Below are positions 1 through 14,248 of a stretch of 64,000 nucleotides of DNA, piece by piece (within the stretch, counting starts at the first letter, position 1; every line of letters begins with the position of its first letter). The position numbers were made by a program, and so were the translations under genes. The notes beneath the pieces are model-generated. The model had not been told where the DNA came from and did not search any database. It saw only the letters and a list, made by a program, of their open reading frames with translations. This DNA comes from Octopus vulgaris. Its lineage: Eukaryota. The DNA lies in NCBI GenBank assembly GCA_951406725.2, contig OX597814.1, positions 49,290,001-49,354,000 on the forward strand, read 5' to 3'.

Positions 1-581
1 CACTCTCATTTAGTAGTTGTTTTTGCTAGCCCTTATCAGGTCTCCTTGAGTATGTAAATGGATTCAGTGCTGGCTAACAAACCAAGACATTCAAACTGAG
101 CTGAAGTAATAAATGTCTAACCATGACCATCTTTATTATAATCATTCTATTTGAAAATTTAAGTCTTAAAACATGTGGTCCGAGTTTTAATGATGATAGA
201 ACATTTGTTAGAGATATTTAACTGTTACATTGAGTTAATAGAGAAAGTTGCTCTACTCATTTGCAAACATTTGGAGCCATCTACTTCAAAGATTAGGTGA
301 AATTTTCATATGAATAAAGTTGTGGATACATATCTTCCTCCTTTAAGTATATTCATTTTATAATGTATTATCACATTACTAGTAACTGAAATTTGTGTTA
401 GGTAGTTAAGTTCTTTGGGATTAGATACAGAGAAATTGGCTTTTTATGTAATGCTACATAAATTCTAAACATCAATTTTATTCCAGATTTCTATGCTCAA
501 TAATTATTTATGCTTATATAATTTTTTTACACAATAATTATTGCATTAGAAATAACTAATTTGATTCTCTTAAACTTCCAG

Positions 582-748
582 CACTTCAGGATTCAAAAGG
601 TAATTTTATTCTAAATGGAGATTATACTATAAAAGAATATCATCACCGGTTTCGAGTAAAAGGTGGAAGTGTAGAATACAGTGGATCTATTAGTCCTGTT
701 GAACAAATTAACTCTTCAAGTATCATTGAAGAACAGCTGACTGTGTTG
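582..748 (+). CDS. ADAMTS9: ADAMTS9/20-like exon, spacer domain
   Basis: ttccag| (A)[55 protein letters not shown] |gtaagt; phase 1-0. Confidence 0.93.
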
Positions 749-1471
749 GTAAGTGTTATTGTAATCTGATTTTTTTTTTCTTTTACCTTAATTTTAGCTG
801 AACATTATATTTCAACAAACTGTTGCTATTTCATTTTGGAGTTAAAATAATACTAACATTTATTTGGGAAGTACATTTTTGTTCTTTTTACTATGTCCCA
901 TATCCATGGAATTGAAACAATGTGAAACTGTGAGTTTTGACTTTACTAAGAACGTTAATAGTGTAGGTGAAATGTGCTGGCTTACTTCTTGCTCTATTTG
1001 TATTCTAATACCTGATGTACTTAGACATTTACTGTTAAGATATGTAATCTCTTATCCCTTGTTTAATAACAAATTGCATCTATGGACTTTGACTTTACCT
1101 TCAGAACCAAAATATACTTGTGCCTAAAAAATCGCTAATTAACATATATTTATTTAGTCAATTACCTATATTTACACTTATTTTGCTTGCTTTTCTACTT
1201 CTAGGTTTTATCTGTGGGGTCAGTCGAGCCTCCTAATATTTTTTACTCCTATAGTATATCAACTGGTGAAAATGTAAGGTACTCTTGGAATGCTGATGGA
1301 CCTTGGACTGACTGTGATAAAATATGCCAGGGTGAGATATATGTTTATTAGTTCATTCTATTGTGCTGATAATTAAAGTCTAATTCAACAACTTCTATAT
1401 TATTTATTAATTGTATACTACATATGTTGATATTGTAATGTTAGGATCTGCACATTTTGAAAAGGGAACAG

Positions 1472-1505
<34 letters not shown>

Positions 1506-2613
1506 TTAACGTCCGTTTTCCATACTGGATGAGGTTGGACAGCTTGACAAGCTGGCAAGCCAAAGGACTGTGCCAAGCTCCACTGTCTATTTTGGCATGG
1601 TTTTTATGTCCAAATGCCCTTCCTAATGCCAACCACTTTACAGTTAAACTGGGTGCTTTTTGCATGACACCAGCACCAGCAAGGTCTGTATTGGCATGGT
1701 TCTTACAGCTGGAGGCCCTTCCTAATGCCAACCACTTTACAAAGTAGACTGGATGCTTTTCACGTAGCACAAGCACTGGCAAGGTTTGTCTGGGTATAGT
1801 TTTTACGGCTGGATGTCCTTCCTAATGTGAACCACTTCTCAGAGTGGGCTGGGTGCGTTTTGCATGGCTGTTAGTTCCTGTAAAATGATATTCAGGATGT
1901 TGACTGATTAGTAGGATGTATATTGCCTTGTTCTTTCATCAGCAGACTTCGGTTTGTCTACAACTTTGATTGAACTGCATTCATCATGATATTTTTGTTT
2001 CTGCAAATGAGTGAAAAAAATATATAATGTATTTGTTATTAAACATGGTGTATATTCCACATGTCCTATATCCTATATGCTTACTGAGTTAAATATGCTT
2101 CACTTCACTGAGGAAATCCAATCAGGGTTTTAGACAAGCTCCATTCCAATCTGTATTGTCTATCTTGCAAACATTTTATGGGCTAATATTATTGGAGTTC
2201 TCTCCCTTACATGTTTTTTTTTATTTTAACCCTACTTAAATATTTTATCGATGTCCAAGTGGCCAGATAAGATCTCTTACACTTGCTCTGCAATATCATT
2301 CTAAAAATAAACAATCACATCATTAAAATCTCAAAGCCAAGAGATATCACATGATTAATTCAAAACCATATATGTAAATAAACATTACATTTGACAGAGT
2401 AATCAAAATGCCAAAGGGGGAAGTATCCTACAAAGAGATTTTGTATACTAATTGCATGGATGATCTCAGTAATTTCTCTGAGGCCTATTCTAAATATCAA
2501 TGCATTTGGTTGATAAAACAAAGCATAAATTATTAGAAAATTACAATCAGTGTTGTTACTTTACTTTACAGTCTCAGTTAAAGATATATTTCAATTTTTT
2601 TAATGTCACTTTT

Positions 2614-2683
<70 letters not shown>

Positions 2684-5600
2684 ACAAATATATGGGAAAC
2701 TACCACCTGTATCATCTCTTGTGAAAGGTAGGAGAGTCCAGTTTCCTGGACATTGTTGTAGAGCTGAAAACGAGGCAATTTCTACTCTTCTCCTCTGGAA
2801 GCCATCTACTCGCGATACCAGAGGGCGCACACTCTCCTACCCTGATGTAATCTCCAGGGATACAGGCATCCACCAACAGGACCTCCGTAATTCTATGATG
2901 GACCATGAAGTCTGGCATAGCATAGTAAATTCCATTGTCTCGACCACGGTCAAACAATGAGGATGATGATGATATATATATAAATAGAGACGTTTCCTTT
3001 ATTGAGAGTTCTGAAGGCATTTAAACATGACATTCTTTTTAGTAAAGCCTTCTTTCTCATTTTATTTGAGTTAAATTTTCATTTTGTGTGCAGTTTCACC
3101 TAATTCATCTCATTTACTGTTCTCTTTAATGTTAGTTGTTTTTCTTTAATGTTTAAGGCCAAAAACGTAGAAGAATTATTTGCACCAGAGATGATGATTT
3201 AATAGTATCTGATCAGCGCTGTGATGAAAACACTAAACCAAGTCAGATTATACAACAATGCAACATGCACTGTTCTATTGGGTAGATTACTTTATATCTT
3301 TTGTGCTTGAATGGAATGTTAGCATGTATATATAACTCTGCATATTTTAACCTAAAATTTAACCAACACTGATGTGTGAATTGATGAGAATGTATTTTAT
3401 ACACCCTGGAGTGTTTCTGATGCAATTCTTTTCCAGTTTTCCCAAAGGGTTTTAAATTGCCTCATATTTTGTTTGTTGTATGTTTTTGAAAATATGTAAA
3501 TACACAATCGTTTTGTGTGAAAATACAAAATAATTTTATTTTTGTTTTCCACAATTTGCCTAACGTTCACAGAATCAGCTGCTGTATGAGTTCCAGTCTA
3601 TCGTCTATTTCTCATTCGCTGTATTAGCAGTTAAAATTGTGTATAGCCAAAGAACGTAGTTGTCATGTATTGATGTAACTGATCCAGGATTCTTTCTTAA
3701 CCCATTTTTCAGCAAGCATAAATTGTAAAGAAGAAGCTAAAAGCATTTTGTAATCTGAGGAAAGTGACATGTAGGCCATTTATTTATTGTGATCATGAAG
3801 ATACTTTCAATGTCTATGGGTCCCTATATTAAATTTCTGTACATCATAAAGAAGAGAAAATATGTTTAAGAGTTTTGAAAGAATGAGCATTTATATAAAT
3901 TTGGTTTTATATGGCCATATTATGGCAGCTGATAGAGAATGAAAAAACTGGAGAATCCAATGGCTTCACTGCATGATAGTAATATATATTTTGTAAGTAG
4001 ATCAATATGAGGAACATACTTTTAAACTTGCAAGGTAACTTTACACAAACAATGATCATGTTAACAATTAAGGAAAACTTTCTACTGCTTACAATGCATA
4101 ATGCTTTCATTATAGGATTTCAGGGAAAGATTTATATAACTTTTTTTTTACAAATTTATCTAACCTTATTTACTAAACATTTTGCACCCAAATGGTTATG
4201 GCTTAAATATTTTCTAATCCATTAATATTTTGACAGGTTATGTTCTCTTAGATCTTTTATTCTAGCAAATCTCATTTCCCTAGAGACTATTTAACTCTAA
4301 ATAAATAAGTGTACTCGAATACTGATACTGAAAGTTTCTGTGTATTTTTGTTAAGTAATAGAGAGGTAGTTTAAACTTTTATACTAGTAAAATAATTTTT
4401 AAAAAATTGATATAAATGACAATGAAAAATGGATGCTTCAGGTCTCTTAATTCTACATATCCTGACAATTCACTGAATTAATAAAAACAGTTTCAAATGT
4501 CTCTGAAACTGGAGTAATTAAATTAGACGATGTATTCATTTACTCAAAACTCAGTCAAAACAGATTTGTTCAGTATTGCAATAATTCATTTCACCAGATA
4601 GTATTTGGGGTTTTTTTCAATCAATGACATATTATGCTTGATTATCAAAAGATGATGTGATCATGAATAAAATGCTTTGATCATCAATCTGCTAGATCAG
4701 ATTTGATGTGGGGCTAAAAAACAATCACAACTAGTGACAGATTTGTGTATGCCTATGTAATGCTGTCACCAGCATCCCAGAAATACAGGCATTAAAAATG
4801 CCAGCACATGAAATAAACATGAAAAAAAAAAAACTTATTTTAATAATGTCATGCATTTGTCTTTTGTAAACATATCAAACGAAATAAAACTAAATGACTG
4901 GAAAACAGACACATCTGAACATATTATTTAACATCCTCTTTTCATTCTAGTATGAGTTGGATGGTTTGACAGGAGCTGATAAGTCAGACGACTTTGCTAA
5001 GCTCTGCTGTCTGCTTTGGCATTGTTTCTATGGTTGGATGCCTTTCTAATGTCAACCACTTTACAGAACATACTGGCTACTTGTTTTACTTGGCACCAGC
5101 AGCAGTGAGGTCACCTAATAACTTGCAAAACAAGACACCTTCAACTGAGTTGAGCTCGTATTGTGGAAGATGGCTTTGTGTTGGGTGATGAAAGGTTGGT
5201 GTATGAATAGAGGTACAGAAATAAGTATCTTGCAGTAGAGGAGATACATGGCTGCCTCAGTTGGAGAGAGAGAGAGAGAGAGAGAAGATTGTGACGATAT
5301 GATGGGGGTGGGAGTATAGTCAAATTACAAGGGGACGTATATAAGTGAAGTGGAACATGTGTATGTGTGCGCGCGTGCGTGTGTGTGTGCGCGCGTGCGT
5401 GTGTGTGTGCACGCGCGTGTGCGTGTGTGTGTGACACTATGCCTCAAGTTCTGAAGTATTCTTAAGCGTTTTTAGACCAGGTGGAGCTGATCCCCTTCAA
5501 AGACTTAACACAGTCAGTTTCTTCCAGAAAGGGAGACAAGTAGATAGACAGATAGACTAAAAGAAATAGAGAGAAAAAAAAGAGAAGAATCAACTTCAGT

Positions 5601-8600
5601 ACAGGACTGGTGCTTTAATTATCAACTCTGCAAGAATTAAAGGCACAGTTCACCTTGGCCAGATTAGAACTCAAAATGTAAAGATCCACACCAAATACCA
5701 CAAAGTATTTTTTTCTGATGCTCTAATAATTCCACCAGCTTTTGTGTATGTATTACAGTTAGAAGTTCTTCCTGTTTCCAAGCAAGGTAATAAATTTCCC
5801 TTGACCAGACATGTTATCACAGAAGATTGGCAGCATGTGACATTGCTTGTATGATGATGATACTCATCTACAACCATTAAAACAAGGAAACAAATACACA
5901 TGCATGCATGCACACACACACATACACACACACACACACACATATGGCAGTCTTCTTTCAGTTTCCATCTACTCACAAAGCTTTAGTCAGTCTAGGGTTA
6001 TAGTAGAAGACACTTGTCCAATGTGTTACACAGGTGTTTAACCCAAAACCATTTGGTTGATACATATATGTGCCTGAAAAAAAGATGAGATGGTCAGAGT
6101 TGGAATTCTCTTAACACTGGGTAATCACAGCTGAAATGGTTTTCAACAGCATTTTTAAGCACTATTTATGTGCATAGTCAACATGCATAGTATACATGTA
6201 TTGTCCACATCAATAGAGCCAATAAAAAAGATGGTAGTCTATAACTGATCATCGAAAAAATAACATAAAATAAATGATATTCAAAGCATCTGCTTTGAGG
6301 AGTATATCAAAAGGCACCTAAATTTCTTTCTTGAATTGATATAGCCTTTCATTTTTCCTTGAATGGTGGGAATATTGTCAATGAAATAAGTGCCTGTCAA
6401 GTATGGGTGGCAATTTAATTACATGTGTCCCAGAAGGTTGTGTTAATCAAGTATGGCTACAGTTCACTGAATGGAACCAGTACAAGAATTATTTTAAAGA
6501 ACTTTTAGGAATCAAGTACATGAAAACATGTAAGAAAATTTATATATCAGTACATACAAAGAAGTTAATGTGATAGGCTAAAATCTGAGAAGAGAATACG
6601 CCAAGCATTGTCTGTGGTAGACTGATACTTTTCACATTTCTAATATTTTAACTAAATATAAGGCAGTGAGCTGGCAGAATTATTAGCAAGCCGGTCAAAA
6701 TGCTTAGCAGCATTTTATCTGTCTTTATGTTCTGAGTTCAAATTTCACCAAGGTTGACTTTACCTTTGATCCTTTTGGTGTTGATAAAATAAGTACCCAT
6801 TAAGCATTGGGACCAATGTAATTGACTTGCTCCCTCCACCGAAATTCTGGCCTTGTACCAAAATTTGAAACCAATATTCTAACTAAATATCAAAGGGAAC
6901 TCACAGCTTTTACTTTTTCACTGGTATTTACTTTAATTTTCCTTTTAATTTGTTTTCTTCTTGTTAACAGCATTTTCAACAGTAGTAAGCACGTTCCTGG
7001 GTCATTGGCATGTTTGAATTAATATTTAATGCATGTGTGGGTTCTTCTTTTCATTTTTAAGGTAAGTATAAATAAAAAACACTAGGATTTTTTTTTTTTC
7101 TATTTTTACTGTTTTGCATGAGCTAGTTGATTTATTTGTTAGATTAATTGTTTTTACAGCTGGGTTTCTTACTACTCACTAGGAGTAAACAAAGTTAGAT
7201 GCCTTTGTTAAGGCACTGCACAATAACTAGTAAGGTATGAAATTTTGATCCTGCAGTTAGTTAGTTAGTTAGTTAGTTAGTTAATTATTTGGCTCAAAAA
7301 GCAAGAAGCAAGGCCATGTAGGGGGACATGGAGTTATGTACAGGGTGGTGTTCATGCAAAGAGTTCAGGCCATTTGTGGTCAAAGGAGACTTTGAACCGA
7401 GCGGTCGTTGGCATCTTCACTATCTCGTCTGGCAGCTTATTCCACGGATCCACAACCTGGACGGAGAAAGCCCCTCTCCTTCGACTGAGATGAAATCGTC
7501 GCAGATAGAGCTTTTCGGAGTGACCCCGCAGCCGACGCTCTGGAGCAGGAGTGAAGAACAGCTCTTTCGAGAGGTTTCCGCTTGTGATGTTGTGAGCAAG
7601 AATGAGATCACCATGGCGGCGGCGTTTTTCTAGAGAATAAAGGTCGAGCGTCTTCAGCCTTTCTTCATAAGACAAATGCTTGAGACCAAGAACCATGCGA
7701 GTAGCCAGCTTCTGGACTCTTTCGAGATGCTGTATGTTTTTGAGGAGATAAGGAGAAGAGGCTTGAATCCCGTACTCCAATATGGGTCTCACCAGCATGA
7801 CATAGAGCAGTAGGAATATGGCTGCTGTGAGCATTCTGAATTACTATCAACAATGGCCACAGTCAGATGACTGAAACAAGTAAAAGAATAAAACAATTCA
7901 AATAATTTAGTTATCATTCTTTTTTAAAAAATATTTAATCAGTTTTCAATGTTATTAGTCTGTTTAACCCTTTTGTTACCATATTTCTGTTGAAATAAAC
8001 CTACTTTGTTTCAGCTAATTTTGAAAATAATAAAGAATTTACTAAAATATCTTAGTCATTTCTAAAATTTTTCTAAGAGATCAACTCAGTAGTTGTACTG
8101 ACAAGTAGTATTTTTAGCCACTTTAACATGGCTGTCCATTTGAACGGACTCTACTGTGGTTTTTAACTGGAAAGTGGAGGTGGGAGGAGGACATCACGAA
8201 TCAGCTCATCTTTCCTGGGGATTGTAAAGCTTCATTTGCATTCATACACACACACAACACAACATTAAACACACACACACAAAACACTCACACACACATG
8301 TATACTGTAGTGCACCAGAGCACTATATACAATAAGTTCATTACCACTTCTGCAGTTCCGCTCGCTATGAAACATATGAAGCCTGGATCTTTCCTTACTC
8401 CATTCCATAACTCTTGTATTCTTATTCATACACCTGGCAATCCTGGTCGCCTACTGTGAAATATAAAAAGAACTTTTTCCAGTTTATCATTCTTTGATAC
8501 ATAAAAATCCACAACCTTCCGTCTCTATAAACCACTATTGTCCCTGAAAGTTGTTTTTTCATATTTACTACAGATTGCTTGAAGCTAACTTTCTTCCTAC

Positions 8601-11600
8601 ACCTCAATCCGTGGAGCTTACATTTATATATATATATATATCTATATATATAAACGGCAAAATGTCTCTGTGTGTGTGTCCTTTATACAAATCCACAATT
8701 TTTCAGTTAGAGGGCTCGCACTTTCTATGGTCATTCAAAACCGTCCAAGGGTGGTCATGCACATCTTTACATTTCCCCAGTCACCCCGTAAAGCCATTAA
8801 AAAATCAATAGAAGTGACTTTTTGTGAATTTTCTATCCAAAACCCAATCAAAATGCCCAAAACTTGATACACCAATTGAATGCCAGCTAGCTGTATGTGA
8901 TTGCTCGGAGATTTGGACAGTACTCGCGTGTATGTGCGCACGCATGCAGCTGTATATGCATGCACTAGCACTATGACCCGGCGTTGCCAGGTCATAGTGC
9001 TAGTAAATATATATATATATATATAATCATTATTAACATACATACATTTGTGATTACATATATTTATATATGTATGGGTATGCATATATATGTGTGCATT
9101 TTGCAAGCATTTATATCATTGCATGTGCAAATCTACATGTCTGTAATGCACTTATTGCATGCTAAATTTTAAGAATGTTTTATATATTTTTAATACCTTT
9201 ATCAGCTTGTAGTTTGCTAGCTATCCATCTTTTTGGTTTTGTGAAGCCCAGCTTGTGAAAATTGTTGGAGAATCAGTTAGTTATGTATCTATAAGTAACT
9301 GTTTAATCCAAAGTTATAGTCCAGGCGTATGTATATGTGTATGCATGGATGTGGTTGCATGTATGTATATCTATGCATTACATATAAATGTGTGTGTATG
9401 TGTGTGGTATTATTTGCATAGGAGTCAACTTTGTTAGAGGGACAGCAAGCATGCTGTTGATATAGAAGAAGAAAAGAAAATCTTGGGATACACTTGATTT
9501 AATAAGGTATGCAACTATGAGAGTCTCATCAATGCAGTCCGATTGGATATTCCCAATCATAGATTTAAAAAAAAAAGAACCCCTTGGGCAGGCAGCTTAA
9601 GCAGAAGATTCTCATACCAGATACAATCAAATGCTTTTCTGATGTTATGTGCAACTATATAATTCTTAACTAATTTCTCAAGCATAAGAAACAACCAATT
9701 CAAATGCACAACAAAGCCTTTAGATTAAGGACATAGAACAAAAGATTGGTTTTCTAGAAATACATGTAATTTTGTTGAGATGAGAGATAGATTGCAAGAT
9801 ATGCAAGGTACAAAGGTATTTACTTTTCTGAAAGTTGTCTTGAAGGTATTGTTGAGTAAATTTATTCCAGTTAGTCGTAAAGAGTGACTCTCTCCTAATG
9901 TTCTAGATAAAATTCTTCATCTGTACAACAACAAATGAATCACTTGGCTGTGTTGAGCAGTGAGATTTGGTTGTGAGAAGGTTTTAAAGGGACATATCTA
10001 GGAGACTTGGCTTCAGTCACTTGCTTAGTCACCTCAGAGATGTGGAACGCATTTGCTGCCAGAAGTTGAATGCATAAAACTAGTAAAGTTCCAACCAGGT
10101 AAATGGCTTTGAGTAATAGAGGACTGAAGGTGTTGTATGGTAAGAGAAATTAAGGCATGTTCCTTTAATTAATCAGTAGTCATATAATACAGTACATGAA
10201 AAAACACTGATGGCTAGTTTAGGAGCTGAGAAAGAGGTTGATGCTTGGATTACCATTCTGTCAGTCAGGGAGAAAATGGTGTTGTGATAGATGAACTTAG
10301 ATGAAAGTAGAAGAGAGACTTTGATCCAGAGAAATTATAGTTATTTCGTGCTAAACTTTAGGTAATAGATCAATGGGTTCTACATACACAAACACTATCT
10401 TTTGAGGCAAAGATAAAATATAGAGTGTATGCCAGACAGATTTGTCCCAGAGAGGAATAAAATATTGAAAAAATGTGATTTGTTCATTAGTGAAGGTTCA
10501 TATTGAACTAACACTCATTGATATTAATGTAGAGAATAAAGAATTAACTTTGGAATTTTGAGTTGTTTTACTAGAGGAAGGGGAAAAAATGAGTTCTTGG
10601 ACCAGTATTAATTCCAGAGTTGGAACCATTTCATTTCAGAAAAACAGCATGAATAACTGAACTTTCTATGTTTATTTAATTTATTATGAATAATGATACA
10701 ATAAAATACCTGCTTTATGTGGTCAGTACCCACCTTACATTCTGAATTCAAATCCAACCAAGGTCAATTTGCCTTTCATCTTTCATAGGTTTTTCAGATA
10801 AGTACTACTCACAACACTGTGGCTCTGTTAGAAATTTTTGGTGTTTTGTATAAGTTTTTATGATTTTGTTCTGAACATTAATATTTCTCTGTGTACAGAT
10901 AGTACAAACACATCTTTTAAACAGGTGTTAACGTCCTTTTATTTTTTTGTAGCTGGAAGGTGATATACAAAGAACGGTGTTCTGCAAGATGTGGACCTGG
11001 ACGTCAAAAGCAAAAAGTTCGCTGTGTAAAGACCTCTGCTACAAGTTATGAAATAACTGATGAAAAGTATTGCAACCATCTTCCGAAAACTCATAATGAA
11101 ATTGTACCATGTGAAGGGAAATGTCTGCAAACACATTGGGGATATGATAATTGGTCTGTGGTAAGTCACAGTAGAAGCTTAGCACTATTCCATCAAACTG
11201 TACCAGCATGGCTGTAAAGTTAAGAAGTTTGCTTTGCAACTAATGGTTCTTGGGTTCAGTTCTACTGTATAGCATCATAGTCTTAGATGGACCAGTACCC
11301 TATGATTAGAATTTGATTGAGAGAAACAATTTTTTTTTCAACTGTGCTCTTGGCCTTTTCAAATCCTCTAAGACTAGTAAGGTCATCACAGCTAATCTTG
11401 CAAATGTTCCTTTTGAAGATTTGCAAGTTGATAACTGCAAAAGAAAAAAAATGGGATTTTGAATGGATGGAGGTGTGAGGAATAAAACCAAACCCTGCAA
11501 CATACCCATAGCACTGTGTACCATTTTTTTTTGTCTTTGGTCAGTAGGTGTTCTTTCCTATTTGCTTCTATCTAGAAATGAAAGGAAATGACTACTATTC

Positions 11601-14202
11601 CCTTCAGATTTCACTTTTGTTACTTGGACATCAATGTTTTGAAACTGACCTATTTTCCATTACATTTCTGAGTTGTTCAAGCAGAAATATCGTCATAGTA
11701 AATATTCTGCTCAATACCACAGATTTATTTGTCAGTTGATTGACCTTAACCACTTGAAGATGTCCCTTCGTGGCATCTCTGATCATAAGCAGGACTAGTG
11801 GAGGAGTATCGTAGCCATGTGTTGAGAAGGATTTTTGGGGGCTTGAATAAATGTAACAAAAGCAAAGTTTGTCAGAAATATTAGCCATTTGTCATGCTTT
11901 CTAAGGGTAAGCAAATACGAAATATCAGTTGCCACCCTAAGACAAGAATTGATAAAGTGTGGATCAACACACATTGCAATTGTGTAATCTGACAGGAAGA
12001 GGCAATTTTATTTTTCTCATGAAAATACAAAACAAAAGATTTCTAGTTTGCTATATATCGTGTTGTGTGTATTTTTATGCGTGTTTGTGTATAAGTATGG
12101 AATCTCTACGATGAGGGAAAACCATTTGTCAGGACGTATCAGGAACAGATGGTAAAAACTTAACTCCCATTTCTAGTAAAAAAAAAATTATATAAATACT
12201 GAAGTATAAATAAAATGAAATCTGAAATGAAATGCTTCTTCTTTTATGTACATTGTCTAGTGCTGCACTAGTTTTGTTGTTGCATGTTGAAAAACATCCA
12301 AGTAATGTATGTAAACAATGTCAAAAATCTTGTTTATATACAGTATTGTTTTTTTTTTGGTTTTTTAGTGCAGTAAAAGTTGTGGTACTGGAATTCAAAC
12401 AAGGCGGTCTTATTGCTTGGATGACCGAAACAAACGACTTCCTGATACAGAATGTAATATTCAAAATAAAATATCCCAACAAATTTGTAACGACCACCGA
12501 TGTGCAAGCTGGACATTTGGAGATTGGAGTGGCGTAAGTTATCTCCCTTACTCAAATTTATTTTCTCTCTCATTTTTTTCTTTTTTCTCCCTTTGCATTG
12601 CCAAACTGATGGAATCTTGTGTCAGAGAAACTCACAGCCTTATCCTCGCAGTTTGGATTTATCCCCAACTCCAGCTGCTATGATCAACTTATTGAGTTTC
12701 TTGAAGACATCACCTGGGTCACTGATGGCTGCTCATGGATGGATGTTGTTTACCTTGACATTGCTAAAGCTTTTAATTCTGTGCCACACAAAAGACTTAT
12801 GGTAAAACTCTCTGCAACAGGTGTGAAAGATGATCTTTTTTAACTAGTTGGAGTCCTTCATTCTCAGCCATAAAGAGATAGTCATGGTTCTAGAACAGCA
12901 TTCTTCACCCTTATGAGATTTCATTTGGTGTACCACATAGATCTGTTCTTGGTCCCCTTTTGTTTGTTGCATACATTAATGACATAGATGCCAACTTAAA
13001 GAATGCCACAGTGCTGAAATATGCAGATGACACCAAGCTGTACCTTGAGATAAAAAGGACAGATCCTGAACACTATAGATCTTACACTGGCATATGGTGT
13101 AGTGGTTAAGAGTGTGGGCTACTAACCCCAAGATTCCTAGTTCGATTCAAGGCAGTAACTTTTTGTCACTGGAAAAAGTATATATATTTGCAAAGGGAAG
13201 CCTACTTTTCATCGACAACCGTTGATTGTCACACGCTAATGACGGGTCAATACTCAGAAACTCGAGTTCGTGTGTATCATAGGTTGAAGACGGGAAGGAT
13301 GGCTTCCCTTTGCAAATACTAAGGGGGCACAGAAAGTGTGTCAAAAGCTAGCTGGAGGAGGTGTCCTCCTGGGGCTACAAGCTACAGTAGCATCCACCCT
13401 TAGAGGTTAGCCACATTTAAGTGGCAAATATATTTCACGATGTCATGCAGCTACTGTTTATACCTCACTCAGAGATTTATTAAATTTAGTTTTGTTTTGG
13501 TTTCTTATTTACACAATTTTTATGAAAATTTTTTAATACTTCTTTCTCTGAAGCATTCTCTCATCCACTACTCTCAACATTTATGTGCTTTTAATGCTTT
13601 TATATTAGACATTTTCTATGCTTGCTTGATTTGGATAGCTTTTGAATTTTTTGACATATATATAAATTGTTGAATCAGGTAAATGAAATGCCAATATTTC
13701 TTAGATTAAGGCTTAAATTCATAAACTTCCAGATAAGTGATGTTAAATACTCTAACTGCTTATGAATAGTTTAGTTCACTTCTAAAATATATTTATTGTA
13801 TTTTAATATCCTCTCACAAAATGATAAAAACTGGTAAATATGTTTGGTGAAAATGTATTTGATAAATATTTAATTTCTAAAATGATTCTGACTTAATTCT
13901 TTGCTATTCTTTAGTGTACAGCAACATGTGGTTTAGCCAAAAAGCACAGAGATGTCTGGTGTCAGAATGATGTTGACCAGAAGATCCCTGATGAATTTTG
14001 CCATAATGCTCATCGACCAAAGTCTTTCATTGAATGTAACCAAACTGAGTGCCCAGTATGGTCGTATGGTCCATGGAGTGAGGTAAATATTCTATAATAA
14101 AAGTTATATAATGCTCAAGTTTATTTTTGAAAATTTTTTTTCAAAATGTATCATATGCCTTTTCTAAGTTAAAATCCAGTGTCAATGATGAATTTCAGAT
14201 TC

Positions 14203-14248
<46 letters not shown>

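Noticed and set aside
8120-8620. Moderately complex segment with minus-strand ORF 8422-8607
   Set aside because: No recognisable domain or termini; probably unclassified repeat debris.
3282-10952. Hidden extra exon in the 7.7-kb intron (also in 22154-28002 and 38965-44153)
   Set aside because: Flanking exons join in phase and give uninterrupted domains; no further Cys/Trp TSR pattern was seen.
13089-13159. Functional tRNA gene (also 57516-57585 and 14745-14815)
   Set aside because: A and B boxes are present but there is no clean acceptor stem or cloverleaf, and the heads are embedded in repeats; treated as SINE heads.
13320-13430. HDV/CPEB3-like ribozyme suggested by gggggcacag and tcctcc
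   Set aside because: Could not build the P1, P3 and P1.1 pairings.
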